Shown here: positions 9,270-17,271 of the stretch, one piece after another | Layout of the letters: the number at the start of each line of letters is the position of its first letter | Numbering within the stretch: the stretch's first letter is position 1 | IMG/VR virus record: IMGVR_UViG_3300022696_000244 | Location: 1-28,068 of that record | Origin: a virus | Taxonomy: Duplodnaviria > Caudoviricetes | DNA length: 28,068 nt | Reading direction: 5' to 3' (one strand) | Notes under the pieces: generated by a model | Database searches by the model: none | Seen by the model: the letters and a program-made list of their open reading frames with translations, nothing else | Told to the model about the DNA's origin: nothing | Made by a program: the position numbers and the translations under genes

Positions 9270-9524
9270 TCATCGCTTGCTCTTAGCCTTCATTTTTTCA
9301 TACTCATATGCTTCATAAGTATTTTTCATATCTAATAAAGCATTAGCCCTAGCAACATCATCTAAACTCCAATGAGTTTCAAGCTCTTCTAATGTTGCAA
9401 CTTTCTCAAAAACAAGACGCCAAATAATATACTCTTGACTTAAATCTTCTCTTAATTTTCCAAGTTCTTTTGATCGACTTGACTGCTTGCTTGTATATTT
9501 AGCTTGCCAATATCGATCGCCTGA
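9270..9524 (-). CDS. -1 frameshift extension of the tail assembly chaperone (gpGT-like C-terminal part)
   Basis: Not in the ORF track. The -1 frame is open for 84 codons from the T7 run: SGDRYWQAK...IWRLVFEKVATLEELETHWSLDDVARANALLDMK...KSKR*. It fills the gap between chaperone and HNH. Confidence 0.8.
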   Translation of the reverse strand, partial: SGDRYWQAKYTSKQSSRSKELGKLREDLSQEYIIWRLVFEKVATLEELETHWSLDDVARANALLDMKNTYEAYEYEKMKAKSKR

Positions 9525-9904
9525 AAAAAAGATGCAAAATTTACCTCTAAAACAAAAAATAATGCTTTAAAAAGTTCATTAAAATTACCTGCATACACCA
9601 TATCAAAATGCTGTGGTGTAATTTCTTTGCCTTCGCGTCTTGTCATGCAAAGGAGTTCTAAAACTAAGTTTTCAAGATCATTTTCATCTAACCTATTAAC
9701 TAACATTTCAACAGCCTTACCTATTGATAAATCAGATAAATCCACATCTAAAATATCCATAGATTTAGCTGAACCTAATGTAGCAAATAAACTTGGCGCT
9801 AATAATTTTACTAACCTTGTTTGTAGCTTCAATGCACGACGCGCAGGAAACTGACTAACATAATATTTTGCACCTTCAATTATCTTTTCTTTAGACTCAA
9901 TCAT
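9452..9904 (-). CDS. Tail assembly chaperone (gpG-like)
   Basis: Lies between the tube and tape measure genes. Ends LFFVLEVNFASFF, with a slippery T TTT TTT at 9530-9524. Confidence 0.85.
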   Translation of the reverse strand: MIESKEKIIEGAKYYVSQFPARRALKLQTRLVKLLAPSLFATLGSAKSMDILDVDLSDLSIGKAVEMLVNRLDENDLENLVLELLCMTRREGKEITPQHFDMVYAGNFNELFKALFFVLEVNFASFFQAIDIGKLNIQASSQVDQKNLEN

Positions 9905-9924
9905 AAAACTCCCTTTATATTAAA

Positions 9925-10377
9925 TTAAGCTTCTTCAGCAACACCAACACCTAGGTTACCTGCAACATTAAATTCCATGTCTGCCATTTCGATAACCCAT
10001 TCACGGTTAGCAATTTCTTTTGCATATTCTACTGATGGCATACCTTGTATCCAACCAGTACCTGAAAAGAATCTTGATGTACCTGAATTATCTTTTATTA
10101 AAACAGGCACCACACCGCTATTATCTAACTCATCTTGTGCAAGCAATGCACTTAAGACTTCATTAGAAGGACTTGTTTGTTGTAATGATAATGTAACAGT
10201 ACCTGATCTATTATTACTTTTAGATCTAGATACAGTTCCATCAGCACCTGTTACTTTTGTAAAACTTTGCTCATCTCTTGCAACGGTTATAAATGTACCA
10301 TCTGCAAAATTACCCATAGCAACGCCATTTACTGTCATCACTATTTCGCTTGGGCTATATGTTCTAACTCCACTCAT
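9925..10377 (-). CDS. Tail tube protein (DUF3277-like)
   Basis: TYSPSEI, FADGTFITV, GADG and SGTVTLSLQQTSPSN motifs. Directly after the sheath gene. Confidence 0.88.
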   Translation of the reverse strand: MSGVRTYSPSEIVMTVNGVAMGNFADGTFITVARDEQSFTKVTGADGTVSRSKSNNRSGTVTLSLQQTSPSNEVLSALLAQDELDNSGVVPVLIKDNSGTSRFFSGTGWIQGMPSVEYAKEIANREWVIEMADMEFNVAGNLGVGVAEEA

Positions 10378-10392
10378 ATTTAACTCCTATAA

Positions 10393-11688
10393 TTATACTG
10401 AAACAACACCACGAATCTCAAGGCTATGTATAGCACCAGCAAGAGTCGCGAAGAATGTTATATTTGGGAAATATCTATTTGCTCTATCATTAAATGGTTG
10501 ATCTGCAACTTTAGGAATGGTTACCGTATATTGTGGATCTGCAGCAATTAAATCTTGAGCTATACCAATATCTAGTTGTGCTCTTATCTCAGCTTCAATA
10601 ATTGCAGCACCTGGATCTGTATAAGGAATCTTAGGTAAGTTAACTAATCTTGAGAAAATTCTTTCAGTCATACGAGCTTGTAACCAGTCAACACCACGAA
10701 TAATATCTATAAATTCGCCTTCAGCAACTTTGGCTTGATATGTAAAGCTAACACCGCCTCTATTTTCATAAGTATTACAATTCTTATTTTGTGCGTTAAT
10801 ACGTTGTGTAGCTGTTAACTTAACAGAAGGTATTGTAGCTAATGTCTTAAATGCCCATGTTGTAGACCCCGGTGGTGTTGGGAATTGCTTACCAAACCAT
10901 GCAGCTTCTGGATAAATATCAGCAGCTTGATCATGATAAATTACAAATGTTCTTGCATATTCAGCATCTGATAATACATAAGCAATATCTGTTGTAGATA
11001 ATGCATCTAAAATATCTGTATCAGATGAAGCTGTTCCAAATAACTTAATACGAGCTTCACACCATGCAGCAGCATCCTCAACATCTTGTTGAACTCTTGA
11101 TGTTAATACAAGGCCATACCAGTCATCATTTTCATCATTAACCGCTGTTAAATCATCTTGTAATGCGTCACTTGCTACATAATCAGCTACAGATTGATTT
11201 TCATCAAATGCTAATGTCCATGCATCATTTGCCACATCTGCATTAATATCATAAGTACCATCTAGATTATCAACTGCAGTAACAGGCTCTGAACCACCAT
11301 TAATAGCAGATACTAAAGCCGCAGCTATCGTTAAGTTAGTTGCAGCAACACCTGAGTTAATTGTAAAATCAGTACCGTTTATTGTTACTGTGTAATTTGT
11401 AGAATCTACAACAGTTTCCACAGTCATAACAACATCATCAACAGAACGTCTACCAATTGCCAATTGTATTGGACGTGGTTGCTGTGATAATACCGCTAAA
11501 GCTGCTACATATTCTGGATCTGTAGCTTCAAAGCCATCCTCTAAAATAGAATCTGCTTCTTGGTAATATCTAATTCTTTCATTGAAAACTTTGTGTGTGC
11601 CTAAAATCATAACAACACCGAAACCTAATTGGCTTACAGGTGTGGTTTGTCTTGTAATTTGTACGTTCACTATGTCACGTATACTCAT
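10393..11688 (-). CDS. Tail sheath protein (DUF3383-like)
   Basis: IVNVQIT, PGSTTWAFKTL, GEFIDIIRGVDWL, KIPYTD.G and LAGAIH motifs. Confidence 0.92.
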   Translation of the reverse strand: MSIRDIVNVQITRQTTPVSQLGFGVVMILGTHKVFNERIRYYQEADSILEDGFEATDPEYVAALAVLSQQPRPIQLAIGRRSVDDVVMTVETVVDSTNYTVTINGTDFTINSGVAATNLTIAAALVSAINGGSEPVTAVDNLDGTYDINADVANDAWTLAFDENQSVADYVASDALQDDLTAVNDENDDWYGLVLTSRVQQDVEDAAAWCEARIKLFGTASSDTDILDALSTTDIAYVLSDAEYARTFVIYHDQAADIYPEAAWFGKQFPTPPGSTTWAFKTLATIPSVKLTATQRINAQNKNCNTYENRGGVSFTYQAKVAEGEFIDIIRGVDWLQARMTERIFSRLVNLPKIPYTDPGAAIIEAEIRAQLDIGIAQDLIAADPQYTVTIPKVADQPFNDRANRYFPNITFFATLAGAIHSLEIRGVVSV

Positions 11689-11723
11689 AATTCCCCCCCG
11701 AAATATTAAAAGTATTCAATTAA

Positions 11724-11760
11724 ATAATAACTCTTTTAATTGCATTATACAATTAGAGTT
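11724..11760 (-). promoter_or_regulatory. Putative sigma70-type promoter with an overlapping palindrome, upstream of the sheath gene
   Basis: TTGTAT (11752-11747), 17-nt spacer, TATTAT (11729-11724). Palindrome AATTGTATAATGCAATT (11738-11754) with outer arms AACTCT/AGAGTT. Confidence 0.45.
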
Positions 11761-11765
11761 TTAAC

Positions 11766-12311
11766 CTATGGTGTGCTATCGATATCATACGTTTGCGTAA
11801 TAACAACGCTACCATCACCCTTATCAAATTCACCCTCCATACCAACGCGCTCAATAATACCAACCTCAAATAAGGTTGGGCTTGCACCTTGATTAGAATA
11901 TCTGAACCTAAATTCCATTAAATGCCTTTCCTCATATAAACTATCTTGTAAAAAAGTTAAATTTTGGCTCAACTCTCTATCGATAAATACAATGCCTGCT
12001 GCATTCAACGTTTCTTTTATATTAACTTGTTGGATAGATGTTCTTAAATTCTCAAGCGCATCTATACCACCCGACCCATAATAATTCACTTCTAAAGTAA
12101 GCTCACGGTTACCAAAAAGTGCTGCATCTCCATCATCATTAGGAGGCGTTTCATAATCTGGACCCGTGCTATTTATATTTAATATATTCAATGTTATATA
12201 AGGCAACGCTGGTTGCGGTGCATTAGCAAAAGACCATATAGTTGTGACCCCTGTCACGCTTGTTATCCAATTATATAAAGCTAGTTGAAGTGTAGATATA
12301 GCTACCGTCAT
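11766..12311 (-). CDS. Neck / tail terminator (tail completion) protein
   Basis: ANAPQPALPYITL motif. Directly before the sheath gene. ATG 12311 overlaps the upstream stop as ATGA (the ORF track start is 12329). Confidence 0.7.
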   Translation of the reverse strand: MTVAISTLQLALYNWITSVTGVTTIWSFANAPQPALPYITLNILNINSTGPDYETPPNDDGDAALFGNRELTLEVNYYGSGGIDALENLRTSIQQVNIKETLNAAGIVFIDRELSQNLTFLQDSLYEERHLMEFRFRYSNQGASPTLFEVGIIERVGMEGEFDKGDGSVVITQTYDIDSTP

Positions 12312-12643
12312 AACTTTACCCCCATGCATTTATAATGACTAATTACATTAGATTGGTAAGGCATAACTGAGATTATTTCAAAGTCAAAACCAAAGGCCTC
12401 TAATATATCTGGATTTGTTGAGCCATCAGGTGCAACTGTTAATAATTGTGTATCTGTATATATTTTAACCGCTTGTGAATTACGTCTAGCTTCTGGTAAT
12501 TCCTCCATCTCTAAGCCACGAACTGGTTGTACTGATGCCTGTATTACAAAAGATGATTCAGAACCTTCTACCCAAAAACCATTTACATAACTACCTGCAA
12601 CTTTTCTTCTAACTGTAAAAGATGATCTAAATTGTGTTGTCAT
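12308..12643 (-). CDS. Head closure / head-tail joining protein
   Basis: GSYVNGFWV, ASVQP, LPEARR and KIYT motifs. Gene order. Confidence 0.7.
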   Translation of the reverse strand: MTTQFRSSFTVRRKVAGSYVNGFWVEGSESSFVIQASVQPVRGLEMEELPEARRNSQAVKIYTDTQLLTVAPDGSTNPDILEAFGFDFEIISVMPYQSNVISHYKCMGVKL

Positions 12644-13101
12644 TTAAATACCTCCACAGATCTTATAGAGTTTCTCATTGTACCAGTATCTATTAACGGC
12701 TTTGAACTGCCTTTTTTTTCTATAGTAGATGGGGCATTAGGTTCCCAATTAGTATTTTTAATAGATTCTTTTATAACCCCTTCGTACCATTGGCCTAATT
12801 GGCCTAATCCTTTTTTAAAGTCTACTTTGCCTTTATAAATATCACTTTGCAGACTTAATACTTTAACATCTATTTTATTTTTATTTTCATCAAATGTTTT
12901 TCTTATAAAAGGACGTGATGGAATTTTTTTAGTACCAAATTCGTTTGCTGCTGCATATTCATATATATATGCAGTGCTATCTTCATCTTCTTCATTTTTG
13001 CCTGCATCAGATTGTATGCCGACCTTAGCATAGCTGCCATTCTCTGTTTTAAGATTTTTTAAAATCTTTTTCCAACCTTTATCTACATCTTTAACAGTCA
13101 T
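12640..13101 (-). CDS. Neck / virion morphogenesis protein (HK97 gp10-like)
   Basis: NEFGTKKIPSRPFIR and PNAPSTIEKKGSSKPLIDTGTMRNSI motifs. Confidence 0.8.
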   Translation of the reverse strand: MTVKDVDKGWKKILKNLKTENGSYAKVGIQSDAGKNEEDEDSTAYIYEYAAANEFGTKKIPSRPFIRKTFDENKNKIDVKVLSLQSDIYKGKVDFKKGLGQLGQWYEGVIKESIKNTNWEPNAPSTIEKKGSSKPLIDTGTMRNSIRSVEVFK

Positions 13102-13450
13102 TATTTCTATTAACTTGACGTGTACGAGGCGTAAGCAAGAACATATTTTTTAATCTCATAAATTCCATACCATAATTAGTGCTGCTAAATCCTGATGGAT
13201 CGCTGCCTGCACCCCCGAAACTTCTTGCCAAGTCCCCCTCTTTTTCTGATGTTATATTTCCACCCACACCACCACGTTGTGATAATGTGTAATTATGAGC
13301 TGTCAAATATGCAATTGCTAAATTCTTTATATCAGGCTTACATTTAAAACCAACCTGTATAGTTGCATAAGAAATAAGTCGAGCTCTGACTGCAGGATCA
13401 ACGCTTGCCATTTCAGGTGCAATATCTAAAAGAATAGTATCAATTGACAT
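13091..13450 (-). CDS. Head-tail adaptor (DUF4054-like)
   Basis: YLTAH, ITSEKEGDLARSF and STNYGMEF motifs. Confidence 0.8.
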   Translation of the reverse strand: MSIDTILLDIAPEMASVDPAVRARLISYATIQVGFKCKPDIKNLAIAYLTAHNYTLSQRGGVGGNITSEKEGDLARSFGGAGSDPSGFSSTNYGMEFMRLKNMFLLTPRTRQVNRNNDC

Positions 13451-13453
13451 AAT

Positions 13454-13792
13454 TTATTCTCCATCTTCTTCGTAGAAACTATTAAGCTGCTTTTCTATGG
13501 CATCTAAAACTAGTTTTCTACTGTCAGATTTTTTTATTTTTTCTAATAATTTTATATCGTAAATATCTTTGATTTCTTTAGCTAATTCCTTAGCGTTCAT
13601 TTCTTCATAATTTAAAGAATTACTGTTTTTTTTCTTAGGTAAATCAGATAGTAACTCTAAGTTTTTTCTATCAATATGACCCTGCACGTGAGGGTGGTCA
13701 AGAACCGATATATCTTCTAGATAATTTAGGCCTGGCATAATATAATTTTTGCCAACCACATAAACATATGTTAGATTACTCTTCAACTTCAT
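13454..13792 (-). CDS. Hypothetical head-associated protein
   Basis: Follows the capsid gene. C-terminal helical motif EK..DSRKLVLDAIEKQL is often seen in such proteins. ATG 13792 preferred over TTG 13798. Confidence 0.6.
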   Translation of the reverse strand: MKLKSNLTYVYVVGKNYIMPGLNYLEDISVLDHPHVQGHIDRKNLELLSDLPKKKNSNSLNYEEMNAKELAKEIKDIYDIKLLEKIKKSDSRKLVLDAIEKQLNSFYEEDGE

Positions 13793-13823
13793 AATCAAAA
13801 ATCCCCCCCGATTTTTTGAAGTT

Positions 13824-13854
13824 AGTGAGGTAGTCGATTAAATACTACCTCACT
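13824..13854. terminator. Strong hairpin after the capsid/GIY-YIG genes (terminator or mRNA stabiliser)
   Basis: Perfect 11-bp inverted repeat AGTGAGGTAGT / ACTACCTCACT with a 9-nt loop. There is no U-tract on either strand, so it is not a classical intrinsic terminator. Confidence 0.5.
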
Positions 13855-13892
13855 TAAAAACAACAAGGATATACATTCCTATGAAAAATGTA

Positions 13893-14846
13893 TTACTCTA
13901 AACTTGAAATTAATTTTTCTAATTCCAAAATTTTATTCCTATATTTCTCTATATTCTTTTTCTTTAAGCTTATGCTTATTTTATTTCTATATTCTTCATC
14001 TTTATAAATATTTTTCATACTATTCATTTTCTTTTCTCTATATTCAGGATCCTGCCAAAGCTTCTTACTTGCTTTACTTCTTTTCTGTTTATAATCTTCT
14101 GTATTAATAGCTGCATTTCTTGCTTCATTTACTTTATTCCTAAATTTAGGATCCTGCCACCTTTCTTTTGATGCTTCAGATTGTTTTTGTTTATACTCTT
14201 TGCTATTAACAGCAATCCTTCTTGCCTCATTTACTTTGTTTCTATATTCTTCATTATCCCAAAGTTTTTTACTTGAAGCACTAATTTTCTTTTTTACTTC
14301 TTCAGAAACCTTGCGACCTTTAGCTTTATCACTTAACAATTTTCTCATATTAGGATCAGACATTTGTTTTAATGCTGCTTGTCTAATTTTTTCAATTGTC
14401 TCAGGACTTCTTTTTCTACCTAATTTAGCTTTACTTAACTTTTCTTTATGTTCTGCACTTTTAGTAACGCCTTTAAAAGTTTTTTTTGCTCTTTCACTTG
14501 ATAGCTTTTTATGCTCATCAGTTCTTTTAACACCCTTAATACTTTCGGCACGTGGAGCTGTATTTAAAAGATTATCTCTATTTTCATTTAAATAAAAATT
14601 TTCTCTCTCATATAAAAAACTTTTATCAACATTTTCATGTTGTTCAATAATTTCAAAACTAAAATTACTTTCACCATATTCATTAAATGATGCCTGTAAT
14701 ATTCTAGAATGATGTTTATTTTTTCTAAGCTCTTTTTTATGATCACAAATACGGTTTAAGCAATTAACGCTTGAACCTATATAAACCTCTTTAGTTTGTA
14801 AATTTGTAATCATATAAATACCTAAAACTTTTTTCTTGTATGTCAT
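13893..14846 (-). CDS. Free-standing GIY-YIG homing endonuclease with NUMOD3-like and WQDPEYR-type repeats
   Basis: GIYMITNLQTKEVYIGSS motif. Repeats GRKRSPETIEKIR and GRKVSEEVKKKIS, and three W(D/Q)(N/D)xx(Y/F)R units. Start ATG 14846 follows AGGAGG (14856-14851). Confidence 0.92.
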   Translation of the reverse strand: MTYKKKVLGIYMITNLQTKEVYIGSSVNCLNRICDHKKELRKNKHHSRILQASFNEYGESNFSFEIIEQHENVDKSFLYERENFYLNENRDNLLNTAPRAESIKGVKRTDEHKKLSSERAKKTFKGVTKSAEHKEKLSKAKLGRKRSPETIEKIRQAALKQMSDPNMRKLLSDKAKGRKVSEEVKKKISASSKKLWDNEEYRNKVNEARRIAVNSKEYKQKQSEASKERWQDPKFRNKVNEARNAAINTEDYKQKRSKASKKLWQDPEYREKKMNSMKNIYKDEEYRNKISISLKKKNIEKYRNKILELEKLISSLE

Positions 14847-14902
14847 ACTGCCTCCTATAAATTTTTCAGAGGCAGTATACACTATCTATTGGAAAGTAGC
14901 AA
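14844..14902 (-). promoter_or_regulatory. sigma70-type promoter and RBS/start-sequestering hairpin (GIY-YIG #2)
   Basis: TTGCTA (14902-14897), 17-nt spacer, TATACT (14879-14874). Perfect 10-bp inverted repeat ATACTGCCTC / GAGGCAGTAT (14845-14854, 14869-14878) pairing GAGG and the AU of the start codon. Confidence 0.75.
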
Positions 14903-14920
14903 TGCCTTAATTAAAGCTTA

Positions 14921-15868
14921 CTAAATTCCCTCCATTATAGAAATTGATAACGGATAGTATGCAATTACTCCACCGCATCTAGCATGAGTATTTATTAAAA
15001 ACTCTAATCCTCTTTCTTGTGCAGGAAACTGCTCAAAAGGTTGTGGTATTTCTAATGTTAGTTTATCAGGATTGTTATCATATGCAATCATAACATCTGA
15101 ACTATCAACACCAAAGCCACCTACAGCTGCGCCTTTAAGCTCGTTAACCCACTCAACTCTATTAACAAAAGGAGAATTCATTAAAAAGAATTCTAAAATT
15201 GTTGTGTCAGATGTTGCACTTCTTGCAACAGTAGAGATATAAGTATATTGATCGATTGGCATAATTAATGTATTTGGAGCTTCAACACCATTTGTTAAAT
15301 CAACAATACCATTAACTAAATTATTCATATCAGCTAAAATCTCATCAGGAGTTTTATTAACCCATAATGTAGAAGTTGCACCAGCATTTTGTGGAGCTGC
15401 TACTCTTGTTACATTTGGATGATTAACTAAACCTAATAGATTGCTATCATCTTCACCATACCAACCAATATTATTAATCTTTTGCTCTACAGCACGTCTA
15501 GCTGCATTAGCTTTACGACCTGTTAAGTTACGATTAGCAAATTGAGCCGCTCTAATTTCTTGAACGTTGTACCCATAAGAAGCACCAATTGATCTTATAG
15601 GTGAAGTAAATTCTTTACCCTTAATATCAGCACGTGGTAAGTCATCAGCATAATTTGCTATGATCTTAGCTAAGCCTAACTGATCAAATTGTTGATATGT
15701 AATTGACTCAGCACCTGCACCAGCATTTGTAGATACTGGGATAAGTTGAGTTGCTTTTAATGTTGGATATAATACATCATAAGTATTTGCTTTGATATAT
15801 TCTAGTTCTCTTGCGAAAAACGCAGTTTCGTTTGCGTCAAGATTTACTGAAGTTATTTTTTCAGACAT
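14921..15868 (-). CDS. Major capsid protein (DUF2184-like, HK97 fold)
   Basis: FFARELEYI, GLAKIIANYADDLP, W..KTPDEILAD and RCGGVIAYYP motifs. Gene order. Confidence 0.92.
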   Translation of the reverse strand: MSEKITSVNLDANETAFFARELEYIKANTYDVLYPTLKATQLIPVSTNAGAGAESITYQQFDQLGLAKIIANYADDLPRADIKGKEFTSPIRSIGASYGYNVQEIRAAQFANRNLTGRKANAARRAVEQKINNIGWYGEDDSNLLGLVNHPNVTRVAAPQNAGATSTLWVNKTPDEILADMNNLVNGIVDLTNGVEAPNTLIMPIDQYTYISTVARSATSDTTILEFFLMNSPFVNRVEWVNELKGAAVGGFGVDSSDVMIAYDNNPDKLTLEIPQPFEQFPAQERGLEFLINTHARCGGVIAYYPLSISIMEGI

Positions 15869-15902
15869 TGTGAATCCCCCCCGAGATTATTGATAAAAGT
15901 TT

Positions 15903-16658
15903 TTATACTAAATTAATTTCTAATACTGCAAAACCATCAGCAGCTGCGCCTTTTAACCAACGCACTCTACTTAATAAAATTGCATCGCCACCATCAGCAT
16001 CCATTCTGAATTGCCCCGGTAACTCATCTGCATCTCCACCTGCATTTACTCTTAAGTAAACAGGATCGCCAACAGCTACTGCCTGCTCAACATATACGTA
16101 AACACGACCTTGGCTCATTACTGAAACCGCTTCATATTGGTCATATTGTGCAACGCCTGCTAATGTTTGCTCTCTTGCATGATCTAGTAAAGCAACCCCT
16201 ACAAAACCTTGCCCATTAGAATAAGCAGCTGAACCGTTTGCTTGTGAAGCACCGTTTGTTACTGCAATATTTTCTAAAAGAACAACAATACCAGCACCTG
16301 TTAAAGTGATTTCACGAGCGCCTGTAGATACTGCTGTGATGTTTTCAATGCTATCTAATTCAGCTCTTAAATCTTCAAGTGTTGTAGCTTGATCTGTATT
16401 GAATGGAACAGTTGTAATTGCAACGCCGTTAACATCTAAATCGATGTCGTTAGCAGTTACAAAGTCTGCATCAAATGATAATACTGCAACGTTTAGCTTA
16501 GGTAATTGGCAGCCATTTTCAGCAACGCCTTGTACTAAGCCCATACCAAATGCAATGTTTTCTTCTGCATTATAAGATAATACGTTATCAAAACCAGAAT
16601 CAGCTTTCATTCCTCTCTGTGCGATAACCATATCGAAATTGTAGTTTAATTGTGACAT
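15903..16658 (-). CDS. Head decoration / cement protein with an inserted domain
   Basis: IAFGMGL, FVGVA and VSVMSQGRVYV...VAVGDPVY motifs. Lies between the protease and capsid genes. Confidence 0.75.
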   Translation of the reverse strand: MSQLNYNFDMVIAQRGMKADSGFDNVLSYNAEENIAFGMGLVQGVAENGCQLPKLNVAVLSFDADFVTANDIDLDVNGVAITTVPFNTDQATTLEDLRAELDSIENITAVSTGAREITLTGAGIVVLLENIAVTNGASQANGSAAYSNGQGFVGVALLDHAREQTLAGVAQYDQYEAVSVMSQGRVYVYVEQAVAVGDPVYLRVNAGGDADELPGQFRMDADGGDAILLSRVRWLKGAAADGFAVLEINLV

Positions 16659-16683
16659 GTTAGTTTTCCCCCCTTAAGTGTTA

Positions 16684-17271
16684 CTATTTGTCTTTTTTGT
16701 CAGTCATTTTATAACCGTTTTTTAAACGATCTACATATGCTTTAAAAGCTTCATCAGAACTCATTTTTTTCTTATCTTCAGCATCTGATTTTACAGATAA
16801 AGCTTCACGTTGTTTTTTTAAACTTTCTGAATCTTCAACTTTTATTTCTGCTGAGTCTTCTACGATAAGATCGAAACAAGCTTCGATATATGTGTCATTA
16901 GCTTCGTCTAGATTTACTTTAGGACGCTTTACTTTGATAACAGATACCTTGATATCTCTATCAGACATTTCATCCATGTTAATTTCACTTGCTTCTTTGC
17001 CTAAGATTTCATTAGCTTTTGAAAGTAAACTAACTCTGCTTTTTACAGCTTCTTTTAATTTAGCTTCATGATCTATTGAATTCATTTCGTCAAGCTTAGA
17101 TGAAAGTTCATCTTTTTCAGCTTTTAATTTATCAAGCTCATTTGTTAAGCTATCAATTTTTGTATTTAACTCTGACTTTTCAGAATCAAATTTTTTGAAT
17201 GCGTTTGCAACTTCTGGAGCAGCCTTATATTCTAAGCCGTCTAAAGCAACAATGCTAAATTTATCATCCAT
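16684..17271 (-). CDS. Putative nested in-frame scaffold protein (internal start)
   Basis: ATAGGGGGAACTAAGATTATG: this phage's G-rich RBS lies directly before an in-frame ATG (Met205), at the protease/coiled-coil boundary. Confidence 0.6.
   Translation of the reverse strand: MDDKFSIVALDGLEYKAAPEVANAFKKFDSEKSELNTKIDSLTNELDKLKAEKDELSSKLDEMNSIDHEAKLKEAVKSRVSLLSKANEILGKEASEINMDEMSDRDIKVSVIKVKRPKVNLDEANDTYIEACFDLIVEDSAEIKVEDSESLKKQREALSVKSDAEDKKKMSSDEAFKAYVDRLKNGYKMTDKKDK

Noticed and set aside
13893-14920. Possible group I intron around the GIY-YIG or HNH genes
   Set aside because: The flanking genes look complete, and the non-coding flanks are under ~100 nt, too short for an intron core. The endonucleases are free-standing.
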